50,976 nt of DNA from a bacterium (GCA_044869275.1 JBIOXB010000243.1:1-50976); one strand, 5' to 3'; numbered from the stretch's first letter, positions 29,498 to 39,245 are shown. A program made the numbers and translations. Notes: generated from the sequence alone by a model not told the origin.

Positions 29498-30520
29498 ATG
29501 GCAGTCAAAAGATTCACGGTAGGGCTCTTCAATCTCTTCAATCTGGTGTTGCCGAACGTCGTTTATTACAGAAATAGAAAGTACAACGATGCGGACTACG
29601 CTGAGAAGAAGCGCTGGCTTGCCGGCCAACTCGTGCACATGAACGCGGATATCGTCGGCTTGCAGGAGGTTTTCCATTCTGCCGCATTGCAGGAAGTCCT
29701 CGACGAGTCCAATCAATACGCCGACGCGGCCGTGCTTATTGGAAATGAAACAGGCTCATCTCCCAGCGTGGCGCTGGTGTCCCGCTTTCCGATTGTAAGC
29801 CACAAGGTCATCCCCGACTTCCCCAATTCGGCCATACTCACCATCCAGAACAAACCATTCGAAATTAAGTCGTTCTCCCGTCCAGTGATTCAAGCGACGG
29901 TGCAAGTGGAATCAGACCTCGGCCCGGTTGAATTGATCGTCTTTGTGGTTCATCTCAAATCGAAGCGCCCGATATTCCGCAGCCAGAATGTTGACAAAGA
30001 CGATCCCCTGGAGATTGCCTGGGGAAAAGCTCTGGCTTTGGTTACACGTGCAACCGAGGCAATCGCTTTGAGGTACATCTTAGTAGAAACCATGCTCCTT
30101 AACCAGCGCCCAGTCATCTTAATGGGCGATATGAATGATAATGTCCACGCCGTGAGCAACGAAATCATCTCCGGAACTGCTCCCTATCGGCGATTGCCGC
30201 AACCCAAGAAAGCCGCAATCTGGGATACGCTATTGAGCAATGTCAAGGATATCCAAGCCCGGGCCAGCTACCAGGATTTTTACTATACTCACATTTTCAA
30301 TGGGTTCTATGAAAGCCTGGATCATATTTTTGTCAACGATGAGTTTGTGAGATCAAATCCGGCGTGCGTCGGCTTCGTCGAGTATGTCAAAATACTGAAT
30401 GATCACTTGATCGACGAAACCCTGAGCCACGAAGAAGTTTCGAAAACACGTTCAGATCATGGGCAGGTGGTGGCGACCATCAAATTCCGAGAGCCGGGAA
30501 TGGCGCTCATGATGGAATAA
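29498..30520 (+). CDS. Endonuclease/exonuclease/phosphatase (EEP) family protein
   Basis: FNLFNL, DIVGLQEV, HLKSK, GDMND, LDHI and SDH motifs; GGAG RBS before the ATG at 29498. Confidence 0.9.
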   Translation: MAVKRFTVGLFNLFNLVLPNVVYYRNRKYNDADYAEKKRWLAGQLVHMNADIVGLQEVFHSAALQEVLDESNQYADAAVLIGNETGSSPSVALVSRFPIVSHKVIPDFPNSAILTIQNKPFEIKSFSRPVIQATVQVESDLGPVELIVFVVHLKSKRPIFRSQNVDKDDPLEIAWGKALALVTRATEAIALRYILVETMLLNQRPVILMGDMNDNVHAVSNEIISGTAPYRRLPQPKKAAIWDTLLSNVKDIQARASYQDFYYTHIFNGFYESLDHIFVNDEFVRSNPACVGFVEYVKILNDHLIDETLSHEEVSKTRSDHGQVVATIKFREPGMALMME

Positions 30521-30561
30521 CGGAAGTCATTCGCCTGGTGACAGGGAACTGGTAAACCGTC

Positions 30562-31308
30562 TCAATCTTTATACTGCAAATACCCCACGCCGTACCCCGC
30601 GGCAAACCCCGCGGCGCCGGTGAGAATATTGCCCGGGCTGAAATGGAGCGAAAACCATTTTTTCTGGAGCAGATCGCGGTATTTTTCATCCAGAACCTTG
30701 TACTCGGCGAACACCTGATCATAATTTTTTTGCAGAGTATCGGCCTTGAACATGAGCGTGCGCACCTGCTCGTCCTTGACCGACAAGGTTTGATCAAGAT
30801 TGGCGATGACGCTGTCTTTAACAGCAATTTCTTTCCCACTGCGATCCAGCTTGATTTTGGTTTCCGCGGCGTCCGCGCCGAAAAATCGCGGCGCGAGCAA
30901 ACCATGCACGCCGTCGGCGCGCGTGGCCTCGCGAATCTGGCCGCGCCAATGCGGATACGCGGCTTCCACCTCGGCAATCACCGCGCCCGCTTCCCAAACC
31001 GAGTCCAAGCGCGCGAGTACGTGGCGATATTCGCGCTGCAAGCTCTGCAGCCGGCGCTCGAGCTCCGTGCGCTCCGCCCTTAACTGCTGCTCCTGTTGCT
31101 CCAACTGCACCAGCACTTGATTCAAGCTATCGACGTACGCCCGCATCGCTTGATCTCTTTTTTCCAGCTCGGCGGTTTTTTGTTTTTGCCGGTCCAATTC
31201 CGCGCGTGTGTCCTGCAAAGAGTGCCAAATGCTCTGCCCCACGAAGAATGCCACGATGACGACGAGCGCCAACAAGATCCACGAGATCACGCCTCTGCGC
31301 TCAGCCAT
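30562..31308 (-). CDS. Membrane-anchored coiled-coil hypothetical protein
   Basis: GGAGG RBS; N-terminal TM, two coiled-coil tracts, Gly-rich hydrophobic C-terminus. Confidence 0.75.
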   Translation of the reverse strand: MAERRGVISWILLALVVIVAFFVGQSIWHSLQDTRAELDRQKQKTAELEKRDQAMRAYVDSLNQVLVQLEQQEQQLRAERTELERRLQSLQREYRHVLARLDSVWEAGAVIAEVEAAYPHWRGQIREATRADGVHGLLAPRFFGADAAETKIKLDRSGKEIAVKDSVIANLDQTLSVKDEQVRTLMFKADTLQKNYDQVFAEYKVLDEKYRDLLQKKWFSLHFSPGNILTGAAGFAAGYGVGYLQYKD

Positions 31309-31540
31309 GCTGGACCTCCAGTCGATCGCCGCTCTTCTGAACGCCGAGTTTTTCCGCAAACTCCGCCACCACCGCTTCGCTGCCGGAAACAAGGCGATAG
31401 AAAATCACATAACCGCCGGGCGCAGCATTGAACAACTCGATTTCAGTGCCTCGACTCTCCACTTCCAGCAACAACTGCCGTACCACCCACTTCGCTCCGT
31501 CCGCCAGCTTTGCAGTTTCTTGCCGATTGTGCTCGCTCAT
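31301..31540 (-). CDS. Hypothetical 79-aa protein
   Basis: Stop codon overlaps the start region of the coiled-coil gene; GAGG upstream. Confidence 0.6.
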   Translation of the reverse strand: MSEHNRQETAKLADGAKWVVRQLLLEVESRGTEIELFNAAPGGYVIFYRLVSGSEAVVAEFAEKLGVQKSGDRLEVQHG

Positions 31541-31909
31541 GTTTTCAGCCTCGTAGTCAGATTCTTGAGAAGGATTTGGCGCTGAATATAATGCCGGCTC
31601 TGGACAATTGCATGAGAAAAAATTGCATGGCGAACTTTTTTTGGCATGTCGGGCCAGCCTAACAGCTTTCCGCTCTGCTCGATCTGACGCTCAGCTTGTT
31701 GCTGCGGAGACGATTCCATCGACCGAAGCCGGCACAGATTCTTTTTCGGGCAAGCTGGCGCGGAATGAAATCTCTCGTGGCGAAGTTCAAAGTGGGATTT
31801 GCTGCTCCCAAGCGACAATTTGGTCACAAACCTGATGGCCACGCCCGGGCTGAGATCCCTTGGACGGCTGTTCTGATAAATATCCTGTCACAATTCTACA
31901 AAACATCGC

Positions 31910-31938
31910 TTGACATTGGGCATGGCATGGCTTAAATT
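31910..31938 (+). promoter_or_regulatory. sigma70-type promoter
   Basis: TTGACA-17 nt-TAAATT upstream of the gene at 32134. Confidence 0.55.
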
Positions 31939-32133
31939 TGATTGAACTTAAAGCTGGAATCATGTTCGATCTTCCCTCGACAAAATTCCCCTTGCTCGCT
32001 CATATGGTGAATGCCGATTCATTCATTCAAACGTTCACTTCTCGAACAAATTACCACCGCTCAACTTCTGCGCACCCAAATTCCATGCCTCAGAAATTGA
32101 TGCCGGTATAAACCAAATCAGAGAGATGCGCGT

Positions 32134-32916
32134 ATGAAAACGAAGTCGATGTTGCTCTTCCTGCTTCTGTTGCCGGTATTGTCTTTGGCGCAGGGTGTCG
32201 ATGTTCCGCCGCGTCACATCATTGACTATCCCACCGCAGGTTTACTGCGGCGCGGCGGTTTTGACGTCCAGGCACGCTTTTATGGGCAAAGCGGTCTTTA
32301 TCTGGCCACGAACGTCGGTATTTCTCCTCGTTTTATGTTCGGCATGAGCTTCGGCGGCACCGAGGTTTTAGGCGACCAGGAGCCGAATTGGAACAAGCAA
32401 CCCGGGGTGCTCGTGCGCTACCAAATCATCGGTGAGAGCGCCGGGCTGCCGGCGGTCACTTTGGGTTTCGAGTCGCAGGGTTATGGCGCTTTTATCGATT
32501 CCACCAACCGTTTCGTCAACAAATCGCCCGGTTTTTACGCCGTGGCGAGCAAAAGTTACAACTGGATCTCGCTGCTCAGCCGCTTTGATTTCCACGGCGG
32601 CATAAACTATAGTCTGGAAAAGGGTGACGGAGACGAAGATATCAATTTCTTTTTGGGTAGCACCGTGAGCATCAATGAAGACGTGGATCTCATGTTCGAA
32701 TATGACCTGGCATTCAACGACAGCCCGGAAGCAAACCGCACGGTGGGCGACGGCAAGGGCTGGTTCAATTCGGGCATTCGCTTCAATGTCGCCAATATCG
32801 TCTATCTCGAGTTTTTTCTCAAAAACTTGTTCGACAATAACCGCACTACGCCGCTGGAGAATCGGGCAAAATACACGCGGGAAGTGAAGCTGACGTATTT
32901 TCAATTCATCATGTGA
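32134..32916 (+). CDS. Outer-membrane beta-barrel protein, YjbH-domain-like
   Basis: Signal peptide, IDYPTAGLL.RG motif, amphipathic beta strands, aromatic C-terminus. Confidence 0.7.
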   Translation: MKTKSMLLFLLLLPVLSLAQGVDVPPRHIIDYPTAGLLRRGGFDVQARFYGQSGLYLATNVGISPRFMFGMSFGGTEVLGDQEPNWNKQPGVLVRYQIIGESAGLPAVTLGFESQGYGAFIDSTNRFVNKSPGFYAVASKSYNWISLLSRFDFHGGINYSLEKGDGDEDINFFLGSTVSINEDVDLMFEYDLAFNDSPEANRTVGDGKGWFNSGIRFNVANIVYLEFFLKNLFDNNRTTPLENRAKYTREVKLTYFQFIM

Positions 32917-33124
32917 GATGGAACCGGTCCAGCCAATTTTGCTGGCTGAGTTTTTGCCGGAACTTCTGGCGGAAGAGCTTCGTCTAATGAAAGGACTGTG
33001 GCGGGAAGACTGGAACAAACCTGCCGTTCGCGCCTGGGCGAGCGAAGCTTGGGTGAACCGATATTGAGTATGCTTGCGGTGATAGCATAAACCGCATATG
33101 GTTGCATTTTGGAAGAGGCCTGCA

Positions 33125-33688
33125 ATGAAAAGCCATTTTTCGAGCCGCACACTGGGGTTCAGCCTCTGTTTGATCATCACGACATGGGGATGTTACACCA
33201 TGTTGAAACATCCACACGTCCCATTGCAGGAAACGGGCGAGCAAGAATACGCCGTCGATTGGGAGCGTGTATCCTTTGCCAATGACTGCGGCACGTGCCA
33301 CAATAACGACGTGCAAGCTTTTCACGCCATTGCCGTCCCGCCGCCGCGCCCCGCACCTTCAGCGCAGTGGGCTTACTATTACGACACGCCTTGGTGGTTT
33401 CATTATTACTCTGCTCCGGGGGGCGGCTCCGGTGGCGACACCGAATTAACCGACGAACAAAAGAAACGGGATTTCGACCGACGCCAGATCGCTCCGGCTC
33501 CAGAATCGACTGCCAACAGCGTCCCGCCTGCCGCGCCCGCGCCGCCGGCCGGAAGCGTGGCGAAACCTGTAGCAACGGAAGGCGAAGCCGCGCCGGCTGC
33601 TAAAACTTCGACAGACGACAGCCAGAAACGTGAAGGCAAACGCGCCATCGACAGCACGGAAAGCAATCGCCGCACGCGCAAAAATTAG
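33125..33688 (+). CDS. Hypothetical lipoprotein with one CxxCH motif and a disordered tail
   Basis: Lipobox-like TWGC-YTMLKHP; DCGTCH; Trp/Tyr-rich patch followed by Pro/Ala-rich sequence. Confidence 0.75.
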   Translation: MKSHFSSRTLGFSLCLIITTWGCYTMLKHPHVPLQETGEQEYAVDWERVSFANDCGTCHNNDVQAFHAIAVPPPRPAPSAQWAYYYDTPWWFHYYSAPGGGSGGDTELTDEQKKRDFDRRQIAPAPESTANSVPPAAPAPPAGSVAKPVATEGEAAPAAKTSTDDSQKREGKRAIDSTESNRRTRKN

Positions 33689-33704
33689 TTCGAATTTTCT
33701 TTCG

Positions 33705-33747
33705 AAAAAGAGCAGACAGAATGCATTTTCTGCCTGCTCTTTTTTTT
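33705..33747 (+). terminator. Rho-independent terminator (possibly bidirectional)
   Basis: AAAAAGAGCAGACAGAA...TTCTGCCTGCTCTTTTTTTT. Confidence 0.8.
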
Positions 33748-33766
33748 GATTTCGAGTAAAATTATT

Positions 33767-33800
33767 AAATTGTCAATTGACCAGTCTCAATTGACAATTT
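33767..33800. repeat. Perfect 14-bp inverted repeat upstream of the acylase gene
   Basis: AAATTGTCAATTGA-ccagtc-TCAATTGACAATTT. Confidence 0.85.
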
Positions 33801-33816
33801 TTATTGCGAGGAGAAG

Positions 33817-36267
33817 ATGCCGAAATTTCTCAAAATCATCCTGAGTTTCTTTGCCATTGTCATCGCCGGCTTTTTCATTCTTTCTTTCTTCAGCCTGCGC
33901 CTCCTCAAGAAATCTCTGCCCCAAACTGAAGGCGAGATCGCTCTGCCGGTTCTGAGCAACGAGGTGACGGTGTCGCGCGACGCATATGGTGTGCCGCATA
34001 TCATAGCTGAGAACGAAGAGGATTTGTGGCGCGCGGCGGGATACGTCGCGGCGCAGGATCGTTTGTGGCAAATGGATTTCACCCGCCGTGCCGTCCGTGG
34101 CACGCTTTCGGAAATTCTCGGACCAGCGACCCTGGAGCAAGACAAATTTCTGCGTTTGTGGGGATTTCATCGCCTCGCCAAACGCATCGCGCCAGCGCTT
34201 GCCCCGCAATCGCGCGCCGCGGCGGCGGCGTATGCCGAGGGCGTGAATGCCTTCATCCATTCACATCGCGACCGTTTGCCGGTGGAATTCAGCATGCTGG
34301 GCTATAAACCCCAGCCGTGGGAAATTGAAGACAGCATCAGCATCAGCCGCTTCCTGGCTTTTCGCTTGAGTTATTCCTGGTTTTTCGAAGCCGCGCTCGG
34401 CAAGGTGGCGGAAAAATTCGGTGCGCCCATGGCGCTCGAGCTATTCCCCGCGGTTTTGGAAAACACGCCGGTGATCGTCACCGATTGGCCCACGTCCAAA
34501 ATGTCAGCGACTTTTGATAATTTCGTCGCCCTCGCACAAAACACCCGCGCGCAGCTCGGCATCCCGCCGGGGGTGCTGGGCAGCAACAACTGGGTCGTGC
34601 ATGGCTCGCGCACGCGCCGCGGCAAGCCCATTCTCGCGAATGACCCCCATCTCGGTTTGGTGCTGCCCGCGGTGTGGTATGAAATGCATCTTGCCGCTGG
34701 TGCATTTGAGGTTGCCGGACAAACTCTGGCCGGCGCGCCCGGAGTCATTTTAGGCCACAATCGTGCTGTAGCCTGGGGTTTTACGAACGCCATGGCAGAT
34801 GATCTGGATTTTTATCAAGAACGCTTGAATCCCGCCAATCCCAACGAATACTGGGACGGCCAGGCTTGGCAGCCGGCGACGGTCATCAGCGAGTCCATTA
34901 CGGTGAAGGGCGCGGAGACGGTGAATTTCGACATTCGCTTCACGGCGCGCGGCCCGATCGTCAACGATATTTTGAAAGCCGTGCAAAACGACACGATGGC
35001 GTTGAGCATTCGTTGGACCGGTTTCGAGCCAAGTGACGAGCTGTACGCCATTCTCTCGCTCAATCGCGCAAGCACCTGGCCGGAATTTCAGGAAGCGATG
35101 CGCCATTTCAGAACGCCGTGCCAAAACGCGGTTTACGCCGACACCGCGGGCAATATCGGTTATCGCACTTGCGGCGCCGTGCCCATCCGCCGCGACGGCA
35201 AAGGTTATTTTCCCTATCGTGGCTGGGAAGCAGAGGGCGACTGGATCGGCACGATACCGTTCGAAGAAATGCCGCACGCCTTCAATCCGCCACAGAGATT
35301 TCTTGCTACCGCGAACAACAAGATCACCGGCCCGCAATATCCCTATTACATCTCCAATGCCTGGGAACCGGCGAGCCGCATCGAGCGCATCACGGAAATG
35401 TTGACGCAGGCGAGCGCGATCGACACCGCCTTTTGCAAAACCATGCAAACGGATGTCGTGTCCAAACACGCCTTGTATGTTTTGCCGCGTCTGCTGCACT
35501 GGCTGACCATCGATTCCTTGCTCGCCCCCGGTGATACCACCTTCACATTGGCGGAACAACAGGCCATGATGCTGTTGCGAGCCTGGGACGGCCGCGAAAG
35601 CGCGGAAAGCGTCGGGGCGGCTCTCTTCAATGTATGGGAATTGGAGTTTCTCCAGGCGACGCTGAAGGATGAAATGGGTGATACCTTGTTTGAAAACTAT
35701 ACGCAATGGAGCGCGCTGGCGTTGCGCGCGTCGGAGTACCTGGTCGAGCATCCGTATTCGCCGTGGTTCGAGGACCGCGCCACGGCCGCCATCGAAAACG
35801 GGCCGTCGATCGCGCGCCGCGCTTTCCGCACGTGCCTCGCGCGCCTGCACGAACGCTTCGGCGAATTGATCGGCGATTGGCAGTGGGGTCGGGTGCATCG
35901 CCTGACGCTGGCCCACCCTCTGGGAAAACAAAAACCGCTGGATGTCGTCTTTAACCACGGTCCGCTCGCGTTAGGCGGTTCCGCCAGCACCGTCAGCAAG
36001 TCGGAATATTCACTGTTCAAGCCTTACGATGTGACTGCCGGGCCTTCGATGCGCATGATCGTGGATCTCGCTTCGCCGCTGCACCATCTTTCCGTGATTG
36101 CCGGCGGGCAGTCCGGACAGCCTTTCAGCTCGCACTACAAAGATCAAGTCGCGTTGTGGCAGCGCGGCGAATACCGCCAAGTGTCCATGCGCGCGCCAGC
36201 CGGTGCCGCGGCCAGCCAGCCGGTGCTCAGGCTCAAACCGCAAGCCGAAACGGGAGGAACAAAATGA
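33817..36267 (+). CDS. Penicillin acylase family Ntn-hydrolase (peptidase S45)
   Basis: RDAYGVPHI, AQDRLWQMD, catalytic GSNNW, ANDPHL, GQSG...HYKDQ; N-terminal TM anchor. Confidence 0.95.
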   Translation: MPKFLKIILSFFAIVIAGFFILSFFSLRLLKKSLPQTEGEIALPVLSNEVTVSRDAYGVPHIIAENEEDLWRAAGYVAAQDRLWQMDFTRRAVRGTLSEILGPATLEQDKFLRLWGFHRLAKRIAPALAPQSRAAAAAYAEGVNAFIHSHRDRLPVEFSMLGYKPQPWEIEDSISISRFLAFRLSYSWFFEAALGKVAEKFGAPMALELFPAVLENTPVIVTDWPTSKMSATFDNFVALAQNTRAQLGIPPGVLGSNNWVVHGSRTRRGKPILANDPHLGLVLPAVWYEMHLAAGAFEVAGQTLAGAPGVILGHNRAVAWGFTNAMADDLDFYQERLNPANPNEYWDGQAWQPATVISESITVKGAETVNFDIRFTARGPIVNDILKAVQNDTMALSIRWTGFEPSDELYAILSLNRASTWPEFQEAMRHFRTPCQNAVYADTAGNIGYRTCGAVPIRRDGKGYFPYRGWEAEGDWIGTIPFEEMPHAFNPPQRFLATANNKITGPQYPYYISNAWEPASRIERITEMLTQASAIDTAFCKTMQTDVVSKHALYVLPRLLHWLTIDSLLAPGDTTFTLAEQQAMMLLRAWDGRESAESVGAALFNVWELEFLQATLKDEMGDTLFENYTQWSALALRASEYLVEHPYSPWFEDRATAAIENGPSIARRAFRTCLARLHERFGELIGDWQWGRVHRLTLAHPLGKQKPLDVVFNHGPLALGGSASTVSKSEYSLFKPYDVTAGPSMRMIVDLASPLHHLSVIAGGQSGQPFSSHYKDQVALWQRGEYRQVSMRAPAGAAASQPVLRLKPQAETGGTK

Positions 36268-37202
36268 AAGCTCTCAACGACTGGCTTTTGGGCGAACACG
36301 TCACCACGTTCGCCGTGCTGCAGCGCAAAGAACGCAAACAAAAGAAAAATGGTGAGCCGTTTTTGGCGCTGGAAGTGAGCGATGCCAGTACGCACCTCAC
36401 CGCCGTGATGTGGGAAAATATCGACAGCGCCAACGCGGAGGTGGGCCAGATCATCAAAGTCGCCGGTACCCTGGAGGAATATCAGGGCCAAAGACAGCTC
36501 AAAATCGAAAAAATCCGTGTGACGCGAGCAGATGATCCGGTGGACTTGACCAAACTCATTCCCACCACACCCAAAGATCGCGGCATGTTATGGGAGCAAT
36601 ATCAACATTTCATCAACAGCCTGGCGCAGCCGCATTTGCTTTCACTGCTGCGCCGCATCTTCGCGGACGAAGAATTTGTTAAAGCCTTTAGCGACGCCCC
36701 AGGCGGCAAGAAATGGCATCACGCCTACTTGGGTGGCTTGCTCGAGCACACGGTGAATATCGCCACGATCTGCGATCGTCTCGCCAAAATTTACCCTCAA
36801 GTCGATCGTGACTTGATGATCGCCGCTGCGCTGCTGCACGACATCGGCAAAGTGGATAGCTACTCGCGCGGGCCGAGCTTCGAATACACAGACGCCGGCC
36901 GACTGCTCGGCCATATTGTCATCGGGGCGCAGCTCGTCGCCGAAAAAATCCGCCAATTCCCCGAATTTCCCGCCGAGCTGGCGATGCGCTTACAACACTT
37001 GATCTTGAGCCATCAGGGCACGCTGGAAAATGCCTCTCCCGTCGTGCCCATGACGCCAGAAGGTTTTCTGCTTTATTATGCCGATGAAATCGACTCCAAA
37101 ATGAACGCCATTCTGCGCATCAGTGAAACAGGTGGCGGCGAGGGAAAAAGATGGAGTGAGTATGTCAATTTGTTGGGGAGGTATTTGTATTTGGGAAGCT
37201 GA
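36264..37202 (+). CDS. yhaM: YhaM/Cbf1-family 3'-5' exoribonuclease (OB + HD)
   Basis: OB fold, then HHAYLGGLLEH, LLHDIGK, SHQG and ADEIDSK; ATGA overlap with the acylase stop. Confidence 0.88.
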   Translation: MKALNDWLLGEHVTTFAVLQRKERKQKKNGEPFLALEVSDASTHLTAVMWENIDSANAEVGQIIKVAGTLEEYQGQRQLKIEKIRVTRADDPVDLTKLIPTTPKDRGMLWEQYQHFINSLAQPHLLSLLRRIFADEEFVKAFSDAPGGKKWHHAYLGGLLEHTVNIATICDRLAKIYPQVDRDLMIAAALLHDIGKVDSYSRGPSFEYTDAGRLLGHIVIGAQLVAEKIRQFPEFPAELAMRLQHLILSHQGTLENASPVVPMTPEGFLLYYADEIDSKMNAILRISETGGGEGKRWSEYVNLLGRYLYLGS

Positions 37203-37331
37203 CCGGAAATTTCGTGGCACAAATTTCTTACAATTGACTCTTCTTTTCATTTTTCCGGTGGACAAAAATCCAATTTTGGAGCTTTATGCTAAGAAATTGT
37301 TAAAGAATCTACACATTTGACAAATTAGTGC

Positions 37332-37360
37332 TTGCGCATGGCGGTCAAAATTTATACTTT
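37332..37360 (+). promoter_or_regulatory. Candidate sigma70 promoter for fliW-csrA
   Basis: TTGCGC-17 nt-TACTTT (overlapping TATACT) in an AT-rich gap. Confidence 0.4.
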
Positions 37361-37720
37361 TTCCACGCTTGAATTACACTCGCTAGCTTCCATCTCTGAA
37401 TAGAAGAGATTTGGCGTTCACGCAGCTAAGCCGTACAAGTGTTAGGATGAGGTTGTCGGCAGAGCAAAAGTTTCAACCGCACCCAACCTCCCCCTGGCTT
37501 GCAATCCTCAAATTGCTTTGAAATAAATTCGTACAGGTTCGACACTCAAACGCAACGAAAGGAGAAAGTGTAAGCTGCGTTGCACGGACCGGAGACGTGC
37601 AGCCGCCCGCAAGCCGCGTTACCGAGATGAGCGAGCGTTCATCCCAATTCTGCATTGTTTGCAGCCCGCAGCGTGGGGATGAGCAAAGTTGTGAACGGAG
37701 GAGAGGAGAAGAGGAAGCGT

Positions 37721-38149
37721 ATGGAGATTCAGCATCGTCATTTAGGACGAGTTGCATACTCGCCGGAAGAAGTGGTCTTCTTTCCGCAAGGATTGCTGGG
37801 CTTTTTGAAATACAAAAAGTACCTGTTCGTCAAAAAAGAAGACTTTGCGCCTTTTGTCTGGATGGTCAGCATCGAAGCGCCGGAAGTCGGATTTCTGCTG
37901 GCGGAGCCGATGCGTTTTTGCGCGGATTACGTGCCCAATATTACCAAGCGCGACCTGAATGAATTGTCGGCCGACAATCCGCAAAGCTTGGAGATGTACT
38001 CTATTGTTACCGTGAATCAGGACCCCCATTTGGCCACGGCCAATCTGAGTGGCCCGATTCTCGTGAACCAAGAGAAAAGAACCGGCAAGCAGTTGGTGCT
38101 CCTTGATGACCGGTATTCAACCAAGCACCGCATTTTCAACCATACGTAG
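37721..38149 (+). CDS. fliW: FliW family protein (CsrA antagonist)
   Basis: FPQGLLGF, PFVWMVS, TANLSGPILVN...GKQLVL...YSTKH motifs. Confidence 0.92.
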   Translation: MEIQHRHLGRVAYSPEEVVFFPQGLLGFLKYKKYLFVKKEDFAPFVWMVSIEAPEVGFLLAEPMRFCADYVPNITKRDLNELSADNPQSLEMYSIVTVNQDPHLATANLSGPILVNQEKRTGKQLVLLDDRYSTKHRIFNHT

Positions 38150-38176
38150 ACGCCCAGACACGATAGAGGAGACGAT

Positions 38177-38464
38177 ATGCTGGTCTTGACAAGGAGGTTG
38201 GGTGAGACAATCGTCATCGGCGACGACATCGTCATCAAAATAGTTGACATCCATGGCAAACAAATCCGCGTCGGCATCGAAGCCCCGGCGGAAGTGAGTG
38301 TGTATCGCGGCGAGATTTACGAGCGCATCATGCTGGAAAACAAGGCCGCGCTCGAAGCGACCATGGGTGACGTCAAATCCATGACGGACGGTCTCAAAGA
38401 ACTGATCTCCAACCCTGCAAACAGCAATTCCAAAGATACGCACGCGGCCAAGTCCGAACCGTAA
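38177..38464 (+). CDS. csrA: Carbon storage regulator CsrA with C-terminal extension
   Basis: MLVLTRRLGETIVIGDDI...RVGIEAP.EV.VYRGEIY followed by ENKAA, which carries the Asn of FliW-binding CsrA proteins. Confidence 0.95.
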   Translation: MLVLTRRLGETIVIGDDIVIKIVDIHGKQIRVGIEAPAEVSVYRGEIYERIMLENKAALEATMGDVKSMTDGLKELISNPANSNSKDTHAAKSEP

Positions 38465-38552
38465 GCTGGCGCGTGCAGATAGATTTTTGTTGCTGTGCAA
38501 GAATCCCGAGCCGGTGCCCGTGCAACTGCAAGGCAGAACTGACACCGGCTTT

Positions 38553-39245
38553 TTATTTCCGGATCATCAACTTGAATCCCCGCCCGTGAATGTTTCGGAT
38601 TTCCAGGCGATCGTCGTCCTTGAGATACCGCCGCAGCTTTGACACGAACACATCCATGCTGCGCGCATTGAAATAATTGTCCTCACCCCAGATCAATTTC
38701 AACGCCATCTCCCGCTGCAGAATCTCGTTTTGGTGCAGGCACAACAGCCGCAGCAGCTCCGCTTCCTTGGCTGTGAGCTTTTGCGCCTGGCCACCGCATT
38801 GCAAGGCCTGCCGGTCAAAATCGAAAACATAACTTCCGATATGAAAAACCTCCGCGCTGCGCTGCTCCGCCGGCGTGGCTTTACTGCGGCGTAACACCGC
38901 CTGAATGCGCAGCACCAATTCTTCCATGCTAAAAGGCTTGGTGAGATAATCATCCCCGCCGATTTTGAAGCCTTGGATGCGATCTTCCTTCAGCGACTTC
39001 GCGGTGAGAAAAATGATGGGCACTTCTTGCGTGATCTTGCGCATCTCACCCGCCACGGTGAAGCCGTCTATCTTGGGCAGCATCACGTCGATCAAGCACA
39101 GATCAAATTTGTTTTTGAGAAAGGCCTGCAAGCCGGCTTCGCCGTCGCCGCAGCGCACGACACGATAGCCGTTGAGCTCGAGATTTTCCTGCAGAATGAA
39201 GCCCAAATTAGGATCGTCTTCGATGAGCAAAATGCTGTAGGGCAT
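38553..39245 (-). CDS. OmpR-family response regulator (RprY-like)
   Basis: IEDD, IDVMLP, LTAKS, KPFS; winged helix IWGEDNYFNARSMDVFVSKLRRYL. Confidence 0.95.
   Translation of the reverse strand: MPYSILLIEDDPNLGFILQENLELNGYRVVRCGDGEAGLQAFLKNKFDLCLIDVMLPKIDGFTVAGEMRKITQEVPIIFLTAKSLKEDRIQGFKIGGDDYLTKPFSMEELVLRIQAVLRRSKATPAEQRSAEVFHIGSYVFDFDRQALQCGGQAQKLTAKEAELLRLLCLHQNEILQREMALKLIWGEDNYFNARSMDVFVSKLRRYLKDDDRLEIRNIHGRGFKLMIRK

Noticed and set aside
31537..31842. Third small ORF upstream of 31301..31540
   Set aside because: The stop/start overlap is suggestive, but there is no clear RBS, motif or defined start.
37525..37560. GGTTCGAC as part of a tRNA or tmRNA
   Set aside because: No cloverleaf, acceptor stem or tmRNA termini can be built around it.
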